Below are positions 8,617 to 19,062 of a stretch of DNA of 64,000 nucleotides, piece by piece. How positions within the stretch are numbered: position 1 is the first letter of the stretch; the number at the start of each line of letters is the position of its first letter. The notes below the pieces were generated by a model, which saw only the letters and a list, made by a program, of their open reading frames with translations, did not search any database and was not told the origin of the DNA. The translations under genes and the position numbers were made by a program. This DNA comes from Candidatus Limnocylindria bacterium (lineage in GTDB: Bacteria > Chloroflexota > Limnocylindria > P2-11E): the NCBI GenBank assembly GCA_035699805.1, contig DASSPF010000147.1, forward strand, positions 143-64,142, read 5' to 3'.

Positions 8617-11027
8617 GATGCCGCGCCGGCGGCGGATGGAACGTCGAACAGGGCCCGAACGGCACCCACGAGCGCCTGCTCGGTGAACGGCTTGCGGACG
8701 CAGTCGGGGATCTCCGCGACATCCGCGAGCGGGCCAGCGGTGAACAGGGCACGCAGCTCCGGGCGCAGCCGCCGCAGCCTCGCGTGCAGCGCGGGTCCGC
8801 CGGCCTCCGCGATCCCCGCGTCGATGATCGCGGCGCCGATCCGTCGTTCGGACGAGGCCACCGCGAGCGCCTCGTTCGCGTCGGCGGCGAGGACCACCTC
8901 GAAGCCGTTGCGCTGCAGCAGCAGCTGCGCGGTCATGCGCACGATGTCCTGATCGTCGACCACCAGGATCGTCTGGCCGCTCGCCGCGGCATCGGTGGTC
9001 GGCGGATGCGCCGCGGCGGCAGCGAGCCAGCGCTCGAGCTCCGCCGGCGGCACCGGCGGGCTGAGGTGGTACCCCTGGGCCTGGTCGCAGCCGAGCGAGC
9101 GGAGCGCCATCAGGGTCCGCTCGTCTTCGACGCCTTCGGCAAGGACGCCGAGGCCCAGCGTATGTCCGAGGTCGATCGTCGCCCGCACGATCGCGGCGGC
9201 GGGCTCGTCGACGAACAATCCCTTCACGAACGAGCGGTCGATCTTGATCGTGTCGACAGGCAGCCGCGCGAGGTACGCCAGCGACGACTGTCCGGTCCCG
9301 AAGTCATCGATCGCGATCCGCACGCCGAGGGCACGCATCTGGGCCAGCACCTTTGCGGAGCGCTCGTGGTCGCTCATCACGACGCTTTCGGTGACCTCGA
9401 GCGTGAGCAGGCCCGGGTCCAGCCCGCTCCGGTCGAGCAGCCGTCGTACCTGGGAGGCGAGCTGCCCGTCGTAGAGATTGCGGACGGAGATGTTCACCGC
9501 GACCCCGATCGGCCGGCGCGTCTCCTGCCACCGCCAGCACTGCCGCAGCGCCTCGGCGAGGAGCCAGTCCGTCATCGGCTTGATGAGACCGCTCTGCTCG
9601 GCGATCGGGATGAACTCTCCCGGCGGCACGAGGCCGCGGCGCGGGCTTCGCCAGCGCATGAGGGCCTCGGCGTGCACGGCCTGGCGCCCCGCCAGGTTGA
9701 CGATCGGCTGGTAATGGAGGACGAGCTCGCTGTTCGCGACAGCCGTGCGGAGCTCCGAGAGGAGCGCGAGCCGGGTCGGCGCAGACCGGTCGAGCTCCGG
9801 CTCGTAGATCTGGCAGCTCTCCTGCGCGCGCTTCGCGGTACCAAGCGCGATGTCCGCGTGTCTGAGCAGCGTCTCCGCGCTCCGGCCGTGCTCTGGCGCG
9901 ATGGCGATGCCGACCGTGGTCGCAAGCCCGACCGGATGCTCGCCCACCAGGAACGCGGTCTCGAACAGGCGCTGCAAGCGCTCGCAGGCGTTCCGCGCCG
10001 CGCCGCGGTTCGTGGCCGGCCCGACCAGCGCGAATCGATGGCCCGCCGTGCGGCCGCAGAGCTCGCCCGGCGCGGCCATGTCGCGCAGACGAGCGGCGAT
10101 CTGGCGCAGGACATCGTCCCCCGCGGTGTGGCCGAAGACGTCGTTGACGTCGCCGAAGTCGTCGACGTCGAGCACGGCGACCGCGAGCGGGCCGGCCGGG
10201 CTCGCACCGAGGAGGCCGTCGATCTGGCGGGTGAGGTTCGCGAGGTTCGGGAGTCCGGTGAGCGCGTCGAAGTCGGCTTGCCGCGCGAGCGAGGCCTCGA
10301 GAAGACGCCGCTCGGTGACGTCGGTCGCCACGCCCACGATCTCGCGGGGCTCGCCGTCCTTATCGCGGATGAGCTGGGCGCTGGTGCTCATCCAGTGGTA
10401 CTGACCGCCGGCAGCGGCAAAACGCATGTCCCGATGTGCGGTCCCCGCGACCTGCAGCTCCGCGACGAAGTCACGAGCGGTCGCGGCGTCCTCCGGATGG
10501 ACGCGGTCCGGCAGCGCTGCGGCCGCGCCGGCGGGACCGCGCGACCCACTCATGAAGCTGACCCGCCCAGTGAGGTCACACGCGAACACCAGGCCGGGGA
10601 TCGCTCTGATGATGCCGTCGAGCCGCCGTTGCAGCGCCGCGCCGTCATCGAGGCGAGTGCGCAGGCGGCCGGTGATGATGGCGAGGAGGACGAGGACGAG
10701 CGAGGGAACGACATGCAGGGAGACGTCATGCGGCGCTCCGATGAGGTCAACGACGATCACGTTCCCGAGCGCGATCATCACCGCGACCCCTAGCCCAAAG
10801 CGCACCCCGAATCCCCATGCCGACACCGCCACCGGGAGGACGCTGCTGGCCAGGAAGATCTCGCCGATCGCCGGCAGAGCCAGCGGGATCCCGACGATGT
10901 AGCCCGCGAGCGCGCCCCCTACGGCGCCGGCCCGGCGGAGACGACGCATCAGTGCGAGACCCATCACCGATCGAGCCTCGGGCATGGCGGTCGGGCCGGG
11001 AAGACGCGGCTGCACCGGGCCCGCCAC
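8613..11027 (-). CDS. Membrane PAS - degenerate GGDEF - EAL - C-terminal REC protein (putative c-di-GMP phosphodiesterase under phospho-control).
   Basis: N-terminal TM helices. The GGDEF position reads 'GRTAGHRFALV', so it is degenerate. The EAL motif 'EALMRW', 'DDFGTG' and 'EGVE' are intact. The C-terminal receiver reads 'ILVVDDQDIV...IIDAGI...VRKPF'. Confidence 0.8.
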   Translation of the reverse strand: MAGPVQPRLPGPTAMPEARSVMGLALMRRLRRAGAVGGALAGYIVGIPLALPAIGEIFLASSVLPVAVSAWGFGVRFGLGVAVMIALGNVIVVDLIGAPHDVSLHVVPSLVLVLLAIITGRLRTRLDDGAALQRRLDGIIRAIPGLVFACDLTGRVSFMSGSRGPAGAAAALPDRVHPEDAATARDFVAELQVAGTAHRDMRFAAAGGQYHWMSTSAQLIRDKDGEPREIVGVATDVTERRLLEASLARQADFDALTGLPNLANLTRQIDGLLGASPAGPLAVAVLDVDDFGDVNDVFGHTAGDDVLRQIAARLRDMAAPGELCGRTAGHRFALVGPATNRGAARNACERLQRLFETAFLVGEHPVGLATTVGIAIAPEHGRSAETLLRHADIALGTAKRAQESCQIYEPELDRSAPTRLALLSELRTAVANSELVLHYQPIVNLAGRQAVHAEALMRWRSPRRGLVPPGEFIPIAEQSGLIKPMTDWLLAEALRQCWRWQETRRPIGVAVNISVRNLYDGQLASQVRRLLDRSGLDPGLLTLEVTESVVMSDHERSAKVLAQMRALGVRIAIDDFGTGQSSLAYLARLPVDTIKIDRSFVKGLFVDEPAAAIVRATIDLGHTLGLGVLAEGVEDERTLMALRSLGCDQAQGYHLSPPVPPAELERWLAAAAAHPPTTDAAASGQTILVVDDQDIVRMTAQLLLQRNGFEVVLAADANEALAVASSERRIGAAIIDAGIAEAGGPALHARLRRLRPELRALFTAGPLADVAEIPDCVRKPFTEQALVGAVRALFDVPSAAGAAS

Positions 11028-11717
11028 CTACACCTGCGGGTGGCCGACGGAAGGTCTGCGCACGAGGCCGAGGGCATAGGCCCGGAGCACGGCCTCCAGG
11101 CGTGAGTGGGTCTCGAGCTTCTCGATGATCATCTGCACGTGGCCGCGGACGGTGTTCACGGCCATCCCGGTCGCTTCCGCGATGGCCCGGGTGTCCAATC
11201 CCTGGCTCATGTGCTGGAGCACCTCGCGGTCCCGCGGCGTCAGTGCCGTAGCGAAGCGCTCGCGCTGGCGCCGCTCCGCCTCGCGGTCGCGCTGATGCTT
11301 CACCAGGCGCGCCAGGTCCTCCGCCGGGATCACGATCTCCCCGCGTGCGGCCCGCTCGAGAAGCCCCACGATCCTGCCGGTCGGCTCGCGCTTGGAGATG
11401 AAGCCCGCGACGCCCACCTCGAGCGCGGCGAGGAGGGTCTCGTCCGAGGCGTCGGCGGTGAACAGCACGACCGCGACGGAGCGCCCACTGTCGCGCAGCA
11501 GACGCGCGGCGTCGGTCCCGGCCCCGTCGGGGAGGTGCTGGTCCAGGAGCACGAGCTCGGCATCGCGCTCGCGCGCGAGCGCGACCGCTTCGGCGACGGT
11601 CCCCGCCGCGCCGACCACCGTGAGCGCGGTGCTGCGCGAGAGCAGCGCGACGAGCGCCTCGACCAGGAGCGGGTGATCGTCGACGATGAGCGTGCGTGCG
11701 GGTCGTGGATCGGTCAT
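11028..11717 (-). CDS. NarL/FixJ (LuxR)-family response regulator.
   Basis: REC domain 'LIVDDHPLLVE..LDQHLPDG' plus a LuxR helix-turn-helix 'LTPRDREVLQHMSQG...IAEATGMAVNTVRGH'. The start ATG at 11717 ('MTDPRP') was chosen over the 388-aa Arg-rich ORF extension. Confidence 0.8.
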   Translation of the reverse strand: MTDPRPARTLIVDDHPLLVEALVALLSRSTALTVVGAAGTVAEAVALARERDAELVLLDQHLPDGAGTDAARLLRDSGRSVAVVLFTADASDETLLAALEVGVAGFISKREPTGRIVGLLERAARGEIVIPAEDLARLVKHQRDREAERRQRERFATALTPRDREVLQHMSQGLDTRAIAEATGMAVNTVRGHVQMIIEKLETHSRLEAVLRAYALGLVRRPSVGHPQV

Positions 11718-12154
11718 GCGGGGCGCTCGTTGAGCAGCAGCCAGTAGGCACCCAGCTCGCTCACCGCCGCGACGAAACGCTCGAACTCGACCGGCTTGCG
11801 CACGTAGCTGTTCGCGCCGAGGTCGTAGCCGCGCAGCATGTCGCGCTCCTCGCTCGAGGACGTGAGGAGCACCACGGGGACCAGGCGGGTGCGCTCGTCG
11901 GCCCGGAGGCGCCGCAGCACCTCGAGACCGTCGACCTTCGGGAGCTTGATGTCGAGCAGAACGACGGCCGGGAGGTCGCGCGCGTCCCGGGCGGCGTGGG
12001 CGCCCGTCGCGAACAGGTAGTCGAGCGCCTCGGCGCCGTCGCGCGCGACGACCATCTCGTTGGCGAACCGGTGCCGGCCGAGGACGAGGAGCGTCAGCTC
12101 GAGGTCGTTGGGGTCGTCTTCGACGATCAGGATCGCACCCTTGCGCGCGTTCAT
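11714..12154 (-). CDS. Stand-alone CheY-like receiver-domain protein.
   Basis: 'ILIVEDDPNDLELT...VLLDIKLPKVDG...YVRKP', with no output domain. Its stop overlaps the downstream LuxR gene start in an ATGA. Confidence 0.8.
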   Translation of the reverse strand: MNARKGAILIVEDDPNDLELTLLVLGRHRFANEMVVARDGAEALDYLFATGAHAARDARDLPAVVLLDIKLPKVDGLEVLRRLRADERTRLVPVVLLTSSSEERDMLRGYDLGANSYVRKPVEFERFVAAVSELGAYWLLLNERPA

Positions 12155-12283
12155 GACCCACCCTCATCCGGGGACCGCTCGCTGTGCGGCTCACCCACCG
12201 TGCAAGGCTCGACCACGAGGGCTGGCGGCGCGATGGTCGTTCGTCACTTCCGGCATCCCCCCTTTGCAGGATGCTGTGCGTGA

Positions 12284-12925
12284 TCAGTCGAGCAGGCCCG
12301 CCGCCCGGGCGTGCGCCACGGCCTGGAGCTTGGAGTGCGCGTCGAGCTTCTCCAGGATGCTCTGGACGTGATGACGGACCGTGTTCACGCCGATGTCCAG
12401 GGTGTTCGCGATGGTCTTGTTGTCATCCCCGCGCGCGACGAGCCTCAGGACTTCCATCTCGCGGGCGGTCAGGGGAGGCGGTCCCACCTCCGGGTCGGGC
12501 CGCTCGATGAGCCGCAGCAGGCGGGAGAGCGTGTCCGCGGCGAAGAGCGTCTCGCCAGCGGCGGCGCGCCGGACCGCGTCGGCGATCACCGTGGCGGTGG
12601 CCGTCTTCACGATGTAGCCGGCCGCACCGGCCGACACCGCGGCAAGGAGCGCGTCATCGCTCGTGTCAGCGGAGAGCATGACGACGGCGATCCCCGGCCG
12701 GAGACCGCGGATCGCCTGCGCGGCGTCGGCGCCCGTACCGTCCGGCAGATGGTGATCCATGACCACCACATCGACCGCGTCCGCTTCGACGAAGCCGCGC
12801 GCATCTGCCACCGTCCGCACGGTCCCCACGACGGCCAGCCCGTCCTGCCGCTCGAGTGCGAGCTGCAGGCCCTCGGCCAGCACCTCGTGATCATCGACGA
12901 TGAGGACGCGGATCAGGTCGCTCAC
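12284..12925 (-). CDS. NarL/FixJ (LuxR)-family response regulator.
   Basis: 'VLIVDDHEVLAEGL...VVMDHHLPDGTG' REC plus a C-terminal LuxR helix-turn-helix 'LTAREMEVLRLVARGDDNKTIANTLDIGVNTVRHH'. Overlaps the upstream PAS kinase gene by 4 nt. Confidence 0.85.
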   Translation of the reverse strand: MSDLIRVLIVDDHEVLAEGLQLALERQDGLAVVGTVRTVADARGFVEADAVDVVVMDHHLPDGTGADAAQAIRGLRPGIAVVMLSADTSDDALLAAVSAGAAGYIVKTATATVIADAVRRAAAGETLFAADTLSRLLRLIERPDPEVGPPPLTAREMEVLRLVARGDDNKTIANTLDIGVNTVRHHVQSILEKLDAHSKLQAVAHARAAGLLD

Positions 12926-14871
12926 GCCGCGAGCGGGACCGTGATGCGGAACGTCGCACCCCTGCCCGGGCCGGGACTCTCGCCGGTGATCGCGCCGGCC
13001 TGCGCCTCCACGAGGAGGCGCGCCAGGTACAGTCCGAGGCCGATACCGGCCGCCGCGCGACGCCCCGGCGCGGTCCGCTCGTACTTGCGAAAGAGTCGGC
13101 CGGCGTCATCGGCCGTGAAACCGACGCCCTCGTCAGCGACCTCGATGACGCCCACGTCCGCGCCTCGGCGCACGGTGACCATCACGCTGCTCGTGGGTGC
13201 TGAGTACTTGAGCGCGTTCGACAAGAGGTTGTCGAGGGCACGCCCCATGTCCCGTGGATCGATGTGCGCCACGAGCGGCGTCGGCCCGGCGTCGATCGCG
13301 ATCCTTGCCACATCCGATCGACCGACCGCGTCGGTCACGATGCTCCGCAGGTCGAGCGCGCGCCGCTCGGTGTGACGCCCGCCACCCTCGAGCTGCCCGA
13401 TGGCCAGCAGATCCTCGGCGAGCGTGGCGAGGGCCTCCGCCTGCGCGCGGAGCGCGATGGCGGCCCGGCGATCCCGCTGGCCGAGGGCCGGCGAGCGGCT
13501 CAGGCCATCGGCGAGCATGCTCATCGCCGCGATGGGTGAGCGCACCTCGTGCGCGAGCAGGACCAGCGCTTCGTCGCGCCGCTCGGCGAGACGACGCTCT
13601 TGCTGTAGCAGGGCGTCGCGTCTGCGCTCGAACTCGGAGATGTCGTGGAAGAAGGCGATGACCTGGATCGTCCCGTCGGGCTCCACGCGCGGCGTGTAAC
13701 CGACCGAGATGGCCACGGTGTGGCCGGCCTTGTGGCGCCAGTGTGTCTCGTCACGGGCGCTGTGGCCTGACATGACCCGCGCGATCACCGTCTTCAGCCT
13801 GGGGTCGCCCGGGTCGACGCTCAGCAGGTCGGTGTGCTGGCCGATGATCTCCCCTTCGGTGTAGCCGAGGATGCGCTCTGCCGCGGCGTTCCAGCCGGTG
13901 ATGACGCGCTCGGATGTCAGGATCATGCCCTCGCTCGTGCTCGCGACCACCTCGCTCATGACCGCGGCGCGGGCCGCGAGCGCGCGCTCTGCCTCGAGGC
14001 GTCGACGGTCGGTCGTATCGGTGACGAAGATCGCGACGCCCTCGGCCGACGGGTAGGCGCGCCACTCCACGCTCCGCATGTCGTCCGCGTCCTCGCGGAC
14101 GGTGGCCACGCCCCGTTGGATGGCCGCGCGCACCAGACCGACGGGCACCACCGGGAGACCGGCGAGCGATCGCCCGACGAAGTCCTCCCGGCTCTTACCG
14201 GTGATCTCGAGCGCGCGGCGGTTCACGAACGCGCAGGTGCCGTCGCTGCGCAGCGCGATGAAGCCGTCGTTCACGTGATCGAGCAGCTCCTCGTACAGGG
14301 TGCGGCGGTCGGTCCGGCGGCGCTCCTCGGCCGCGCCCCGCTCCGCGGCCCGCTGCTCGGTGCGGTCGACCCCGACGGCGACCGCCCCTCCCGTGGCTGG
14401 ATCAGGGACGATGACCATGTCCAGCGCGCGACCGCGGAATTCGAGGGCAATGTGCTCGACCGCGCCCGCGAGCGCGCGCCGCGCCGCATCAGCGGTCCCC
14501 GGCAGGGTGGGCCGCTCCAGGACGGACTGCCCGATGCGGCTGCTCGAACGGATCCCGATCGTTTCCAGGGCCGAGCCGCGCAGGGACGTGATGACGCCTC
14601 TCTTGTCGATGCGAGAGACGAACACCGGGAGGATGCGGAGGATCTCCTCGAGCTCTCGGCCGCGCTCCGCGGTGGCGGTGATGGCCCGGAAGTGATACCG
14701 CGCGATGAGCAGGACGACCAAGCCGACGATGTACGTGCCGACGATGAGCGCAATAGCGTTGGACTCGAGCGCGAGAGCCAATGCGATCACGGGCGCGGTG
14801 AAGACCACCGCAAGGAGTGCGACCGAGAGGGCCTCCCCGGGTCGCAGGTGGCGTCGCAGCCATGGACGCAT
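12922..14871 (-). CDS. Multi-PAS sensor histidine kinase, membrane-anchored.
   Basis: Two N-terminal TM helices, several PAS-like segments, the H-box 'LLAHEVRSPIAAM', and the HATPase 'NLLSNALKYS...DEGVGF..GIGLGLYLA'. Confidence 0.8.
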   Translation of the reverse strand: MRPWLRRHLRPGEALSVALLAVVFTAPVIALALALESNAIALIVGTYIVGLVVLLIARYHFRAITATAERGRELEEILRILPVFVSRIDKRGVITSLRGSALETIGIRSSSRIGQSVLERPTLPGTADAARRALAGAVEHIALEFRGRALDMVIVPDPATGGAVAVGVDRTEQRAAERGAAEERRRTDRRTLYEELLDHVNDGFIALRSDGTCAFVNRRALEITGKSREDFVGRSLAGLPVVPVGLVRAAIQRGVATVREDADDMRSVEWRAYPSAEGVAIFVTDTTDRRRLEAERALAARAAVMSEVVASTSEGMILTSERVITGWNAAAERILGYTEGEIIGQHTDLLSVDPGDPRLKTVIARVMSGHSARDETHWRHKAGHTVAISVGYTPRVEPDGTIQVIAFFHDISEFERRRDALLQQERRLAERRDEALVLLAHEVRSPIAAMSMLADGLSRSPALGQRDRRAAIALRAQAEALATLAEDLLAIGQLEGGGRHTERRALDLRSIVTDAVGRSDVARIAIDAGPTPLVAHIDPRDMGRALDNLLSNALKYSAPTSSVMVTVRRGADVGVIEVADEGVGFTADDAGRLFRKYERTAPGRRAAAGIGLGLYLARLLVEAQAGAITGESPGPGRGATFRITVPLAA

Positions 14872-14940
14872 GTCCCACCCCGATCGCGCCAGCGGCCTCG
14901 ATTATCGTCCACGCATCCACGCCAAGGGGGATACGCCGGA

Positions 14941-16056
14941 CTATCGATACTCCTTTGTCTGTGTGGCGCTCCTCCGAACGACCTCCTCCAGCACGGTCAC
15001 GCCGATGCCGGGGCCGGTCGGGACCTTCATGGTCCCGTCGGGCTCGACGGTGAATGGCTCGCCGATGATCTCCGTCTCGAAGTAGCGCGCCGACGCGCTG
15101 ACGTCGCCGGGGAGCCGGAAGTTCGGGAGCGACGCGAGGTGCACGTTCGCCGCGCGCCCGATGCCCATCTCGAGCATGCCGCCGCACCACACGGGGATGT
15201 CGCGGTCCGCGCAGACGTCGTGGATGCGCTTCGACTCGGCGAGGCCGCCCACGCGGCCGGCCTTGATGTTGATCACCCGCGTCGCCCCGATCTCGATGGC
15301 CTTGCGCGCGTCCTCGGCCGAGTGGATGGATTCGTCCAGGCACACCGGTGTGAGGATGTGCTTCTGGAGCGTCGCGTGGTCGATGATGTCGTCCGCCGCG
15401 AGCGGCTGCTCCACCAAGAGCGGCGTGTACGCGTCGATGCGCTTGAAGAGCGGGGCGTCCGCGAGCGTGTACGCGGAGTTCGCGTCGAGCTGGAACGGCA
15501 GGTCGGGGAAGCGGTTGCGGATCGCCTCGGCCACGTGACCGTCCCAGCCGGGTTTGATCTTCACCTTCACGCGCTGGTAGCCGCCCTCGAGCTCCATCGC
15601 GATCTTCTCCAGGAGCGCCTCGACCGATGGCTGGATGCCGATGGCCACACCGCAGAGGATCCGGTCGCGCGTGCCGCCGAGCAGCTTCGCGAGCGGTGCA
15701 TCCGCCATCTTCGCGAAGAGGTCCCAGATCGCCATCTCGATCGTCGCCTTCGCCATGCGGTGGTCCTTTATCCAGGCCAGTGCCGAGCTGGTGTCGTGCG
15801 GACCCGCCAGGTCCGTCTTCAGGAGCTCGGGGATGGCGATCGCGTCGAGCAGCCACCAGACCGTCTCGGGCGTCTCGCCGGAGTACCACGGTGTCTCCGG
15901 CGCCACGCTCTCGCCCCAGCCGACCGCGCCCTGCGACTCGACACGCGCGATGACGCGCGTCTGATGGGTCTCGCGCGATCCGCTCGTCTCGTACGCGTGT
16001 TTGAGCGGGAGGCGGATGAGGAACAGCTCGACGCGCTCAAGCTTCATTCCCGTCAC
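14941..16056 (-). CDS. Enolase-superfamily o-succinylbenzoate synthase / N-succinylamino-acid racemase (MR/MLE family).
   Basis: 'KVKIKPGWD' and 'LDANSAYT..LVEQPL..D..LDES' are metal ligands and catalytic lysines typical of the OSBS/NAAAR subgroup. No other menaquinone-pathway genes were recognised in this 64-kb window. Confidence 0.75.
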   Translation of the reverse strand: MTGMKLERVELFLIRLPLKHAYETSGSRETHQTRVIARVESQGAVGWGESVAPETPWYSGETPETVWWLLDAIAIPELLKTDLAGPHDTSSALAWIKDHRMAKATIEMAIWDLFAKMADAPLAKLLGGTRDRILCGVAIGIQPSVEALLEKIAMELEGGYQRVKVKIKPGWDGHVAEAIRNRFPDLPFQLDANSAYTLADAPLFKRIDAYTPLLVEQPLAADDIIDHATLQKHILTPVCLDESIHSAEDARKAIEIGATRVINIKAGRVGGLAESKRIHDVCADRDIPVWCGGMLEMGIGRAANVHLASLPNFRLPGDVSASARYFETEIIGEPFTVEPDGTMKVPTGPGIGVTVLEEVVRRSATQTKEYR

Positions 16057-16074
16057 GGCCCTCCGTCCCTGATG

Positions 16075-16920
16075 TCATGCGTCGTCCGTGTCCACGGGCA
16101 GCTCGCGCCGCGGCTGGGGTACGAGCAGATACGCGCCGCGGCCATCCGCAGAGCGCAGGAACTCCACTGCCGCGTAGCCGTGACCGAAGCCGGCCTCGAA
16201 GGCCTCGCGTCCGGCCATGCGCCACGCGAGGGCCGCACCAGGGTCGGTCGCCTTGAGCTCCTGGAACCGTGGCGGGATCTCGAGCAGAAGATGCGTCTCG
16301 GCGGCGAAGTCCACCGCGCCGGGCCGCGCGCCGTCCGCGCGCAGCAGGTAGCGGACGCCCTCGCGCTCGGCGTCCTCGAGCGACGGGGCGCGATCCTCGC
16401 CCCGGAGGCGCTTGTACGTGCGGTCGTGGCCGATGGGCCACTCGACGTAGATGCGGTCCGATGGCAGACCGGCGTTCAGCTTGTCGGGCATCGCGCCGTA
16501 GAAGTCGCGGTGGTACTCGCGCGTGTACGCCCCGAGCTTGGCGAAGTTGAACGCCGCGTTGCGCGCCTCGAGCGGGTCCATGGTCCAGCCGACGATCTCG
16601 ATGCCCTGGTCCAGGCAGTGATCCCGCTGCGCCTCTTTCAGCTCGCGCGCCAGCGTGGTGCCGCGGTAGGGGGTCCGCACCGCGAGCATGTGCGAGTGGT
16701 GCCGGAAGTGGTAGTCGCGGATCCCGAGGAAGCCGAAGACGAAGCCGGCGGCCGCCGGATCCCCCTCGGCGTACCCGAGGGCCACGAAGCCGCCGTTGTG
16801 CGCCGCCGCCAGCATGAGCTGCGGCGGGACGATCACGTCGCCACTCCACACCTCCTCCTGGATGGCGACGGTCGCGCTGCAGGAGGCGATGTCAGTCGCC
16901 ACCTCGATACGGAACGGCAT
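16075..16920 (-). CDS. GNAT-family acyltransferase with a C-terminal extension (candidate N-succinyl/acetyl-transferase partner of the racemase).
   Basis: GNAT motif-A-like 'LEARNAAFNFAKLGA'. The ATG at 16920 ('MPFRIEV') was chosen over the 325-aa ORF. It lies 19 nt upstream of the OSBS/NSAR gene on the same strand. Confidence 0.55.
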   Translation of the reverse strand: MPFRIEVATDIASCSATVAIQEEVWSGDVIVPPQLMLAAAHNGGFVALGYAEGDPAAAGFVFGFLGIRDYHFRHHSHMLAVRTPYRGTTLARELKEAQRDHCLDQGIEIVGWTMDPLEARNAAFNFAKLGAYTREYHRDFYGAMPDKLNAGLPSDRIYVEWPIGHDRTYKRLRGEDRAPSLEDAEREGVRYLLRADGARPGAVDFAAETHLLLEIPPRFQELKATDPGAALAWRMAGREAFEAGFGHGYAAVEFLRSADGRGAYLLVPQPRRELPVDTDDA

Positions 16921-17017
16921 GCTGGCGCGCAGTATCAGGCGTTGGGGGCCCAGCCGCCGGGTGTCGGCCGGGCGAGCAGGCCCGTGCGAGCGACGGGGCC
17001 ATGAGCGACGCGATACC

Positions 17018-17470
17018 ATGCCGCGCGTGGTAGGGAAGACCGAGTTCCTCAAGCGCGTGTCCTGGTTCGAGGATCTCGACCAGAAGTCGCTCGACGCGAT
17101 CGCGAATTCGGCGGTCGAGCAGTCGTACCAAGCGGGCCAGGAGATCGTCCGTCAGGGTGACACGGGTGTCGGCGCGTTCATCATCCGCTCGGGGAAGGTC
17201 GACATCGTCCAGGAGAAGGACGGCAAGGAGACCACGCTCGCCACGCTCGGCGAGGGCGACGTCTTCGGCGAGATGGCGCTGCTGGACGAGTTCCCGCGCT
17301 CGGCGACAGTGCGCGCGCTCGAGCCGACCACCGTGCTCGGCATCCAGCGCTGGCACTTCAAGGGGATCCTCGAGAGCCACCCGCAGCTCGCGCTTGCGCT
17401 GTTGCCCATCCTCACACGCCGCATCCGCGCCGCCGAGGGAACGCTCCCGCACCACGCCGCGCGGCACTAG
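17018..17470 (+). CDS. Stand-alone cyclic-nucleotide-binding (cNMP) domain protein, with no DNA-binding domain.
   Basis: 'FGEMALLD..PRSATVRA' is the CAP/cNMP phosphate-binding cassette. Only 150 aa. The start ATG at 17018 is in frame with the ORF at 16796. Confidence 0.7.
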   Translation: MPRVVGKTEFLKRVSWFEDLDQKSLDAIANSAVEQSYQAGQEIVRQGDTGVGAFIIRSGKVDIVQEKDGKETTLATLGEGDVFGEMALLDEFPRSATVRALEPTTVLGIQRWHFKGILESHPQLALALLPILTRRIRAAEGTLPHHAARH

Positions 17471-17502
17471 ACCCGCCTCGCGCTACTCCGCCCCGTCCTG
17501 CC

Positions 17503-19058
<1,556 letters not shown>

Positions 19059-19062
<4 letters not shown>

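Noticed and set aside
6914-8752. 612-aa minus-strand ORF out of frame with the multi-TM kinase, plus plus-strand ORFs 6295-7743 and 7897-8952.
   Set aside because: Extremely Arg/Pro/Gly-rich, overlapping a gene that has clear kinase motifs.
8541-10793. 750-aa plus-strand ORF antisense to the EAL-REC gene.
   Set aside because: Arg/Asp/Glu-rich low complexity with no motifs. The opposite strand encodes conserved EAL and REC domains.
11718-12194. N-terminal 159-codon extension of the LuxR regulator ORF (the 388-aa version).
   Set aside because: The extension is Arg/Pro-rich junk overlapping the CheY gene. The ATG at 11717 gives a standard REC start with ATGA coupling.
13834-17004. 1056-aa plus-strand ORF spanning the antisense of the PAS kinase, OSBS and GNAT genes.
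   Set aside because: Antisense to three motif-supported genes, with an Arg/Asp/Glu-rich composition.
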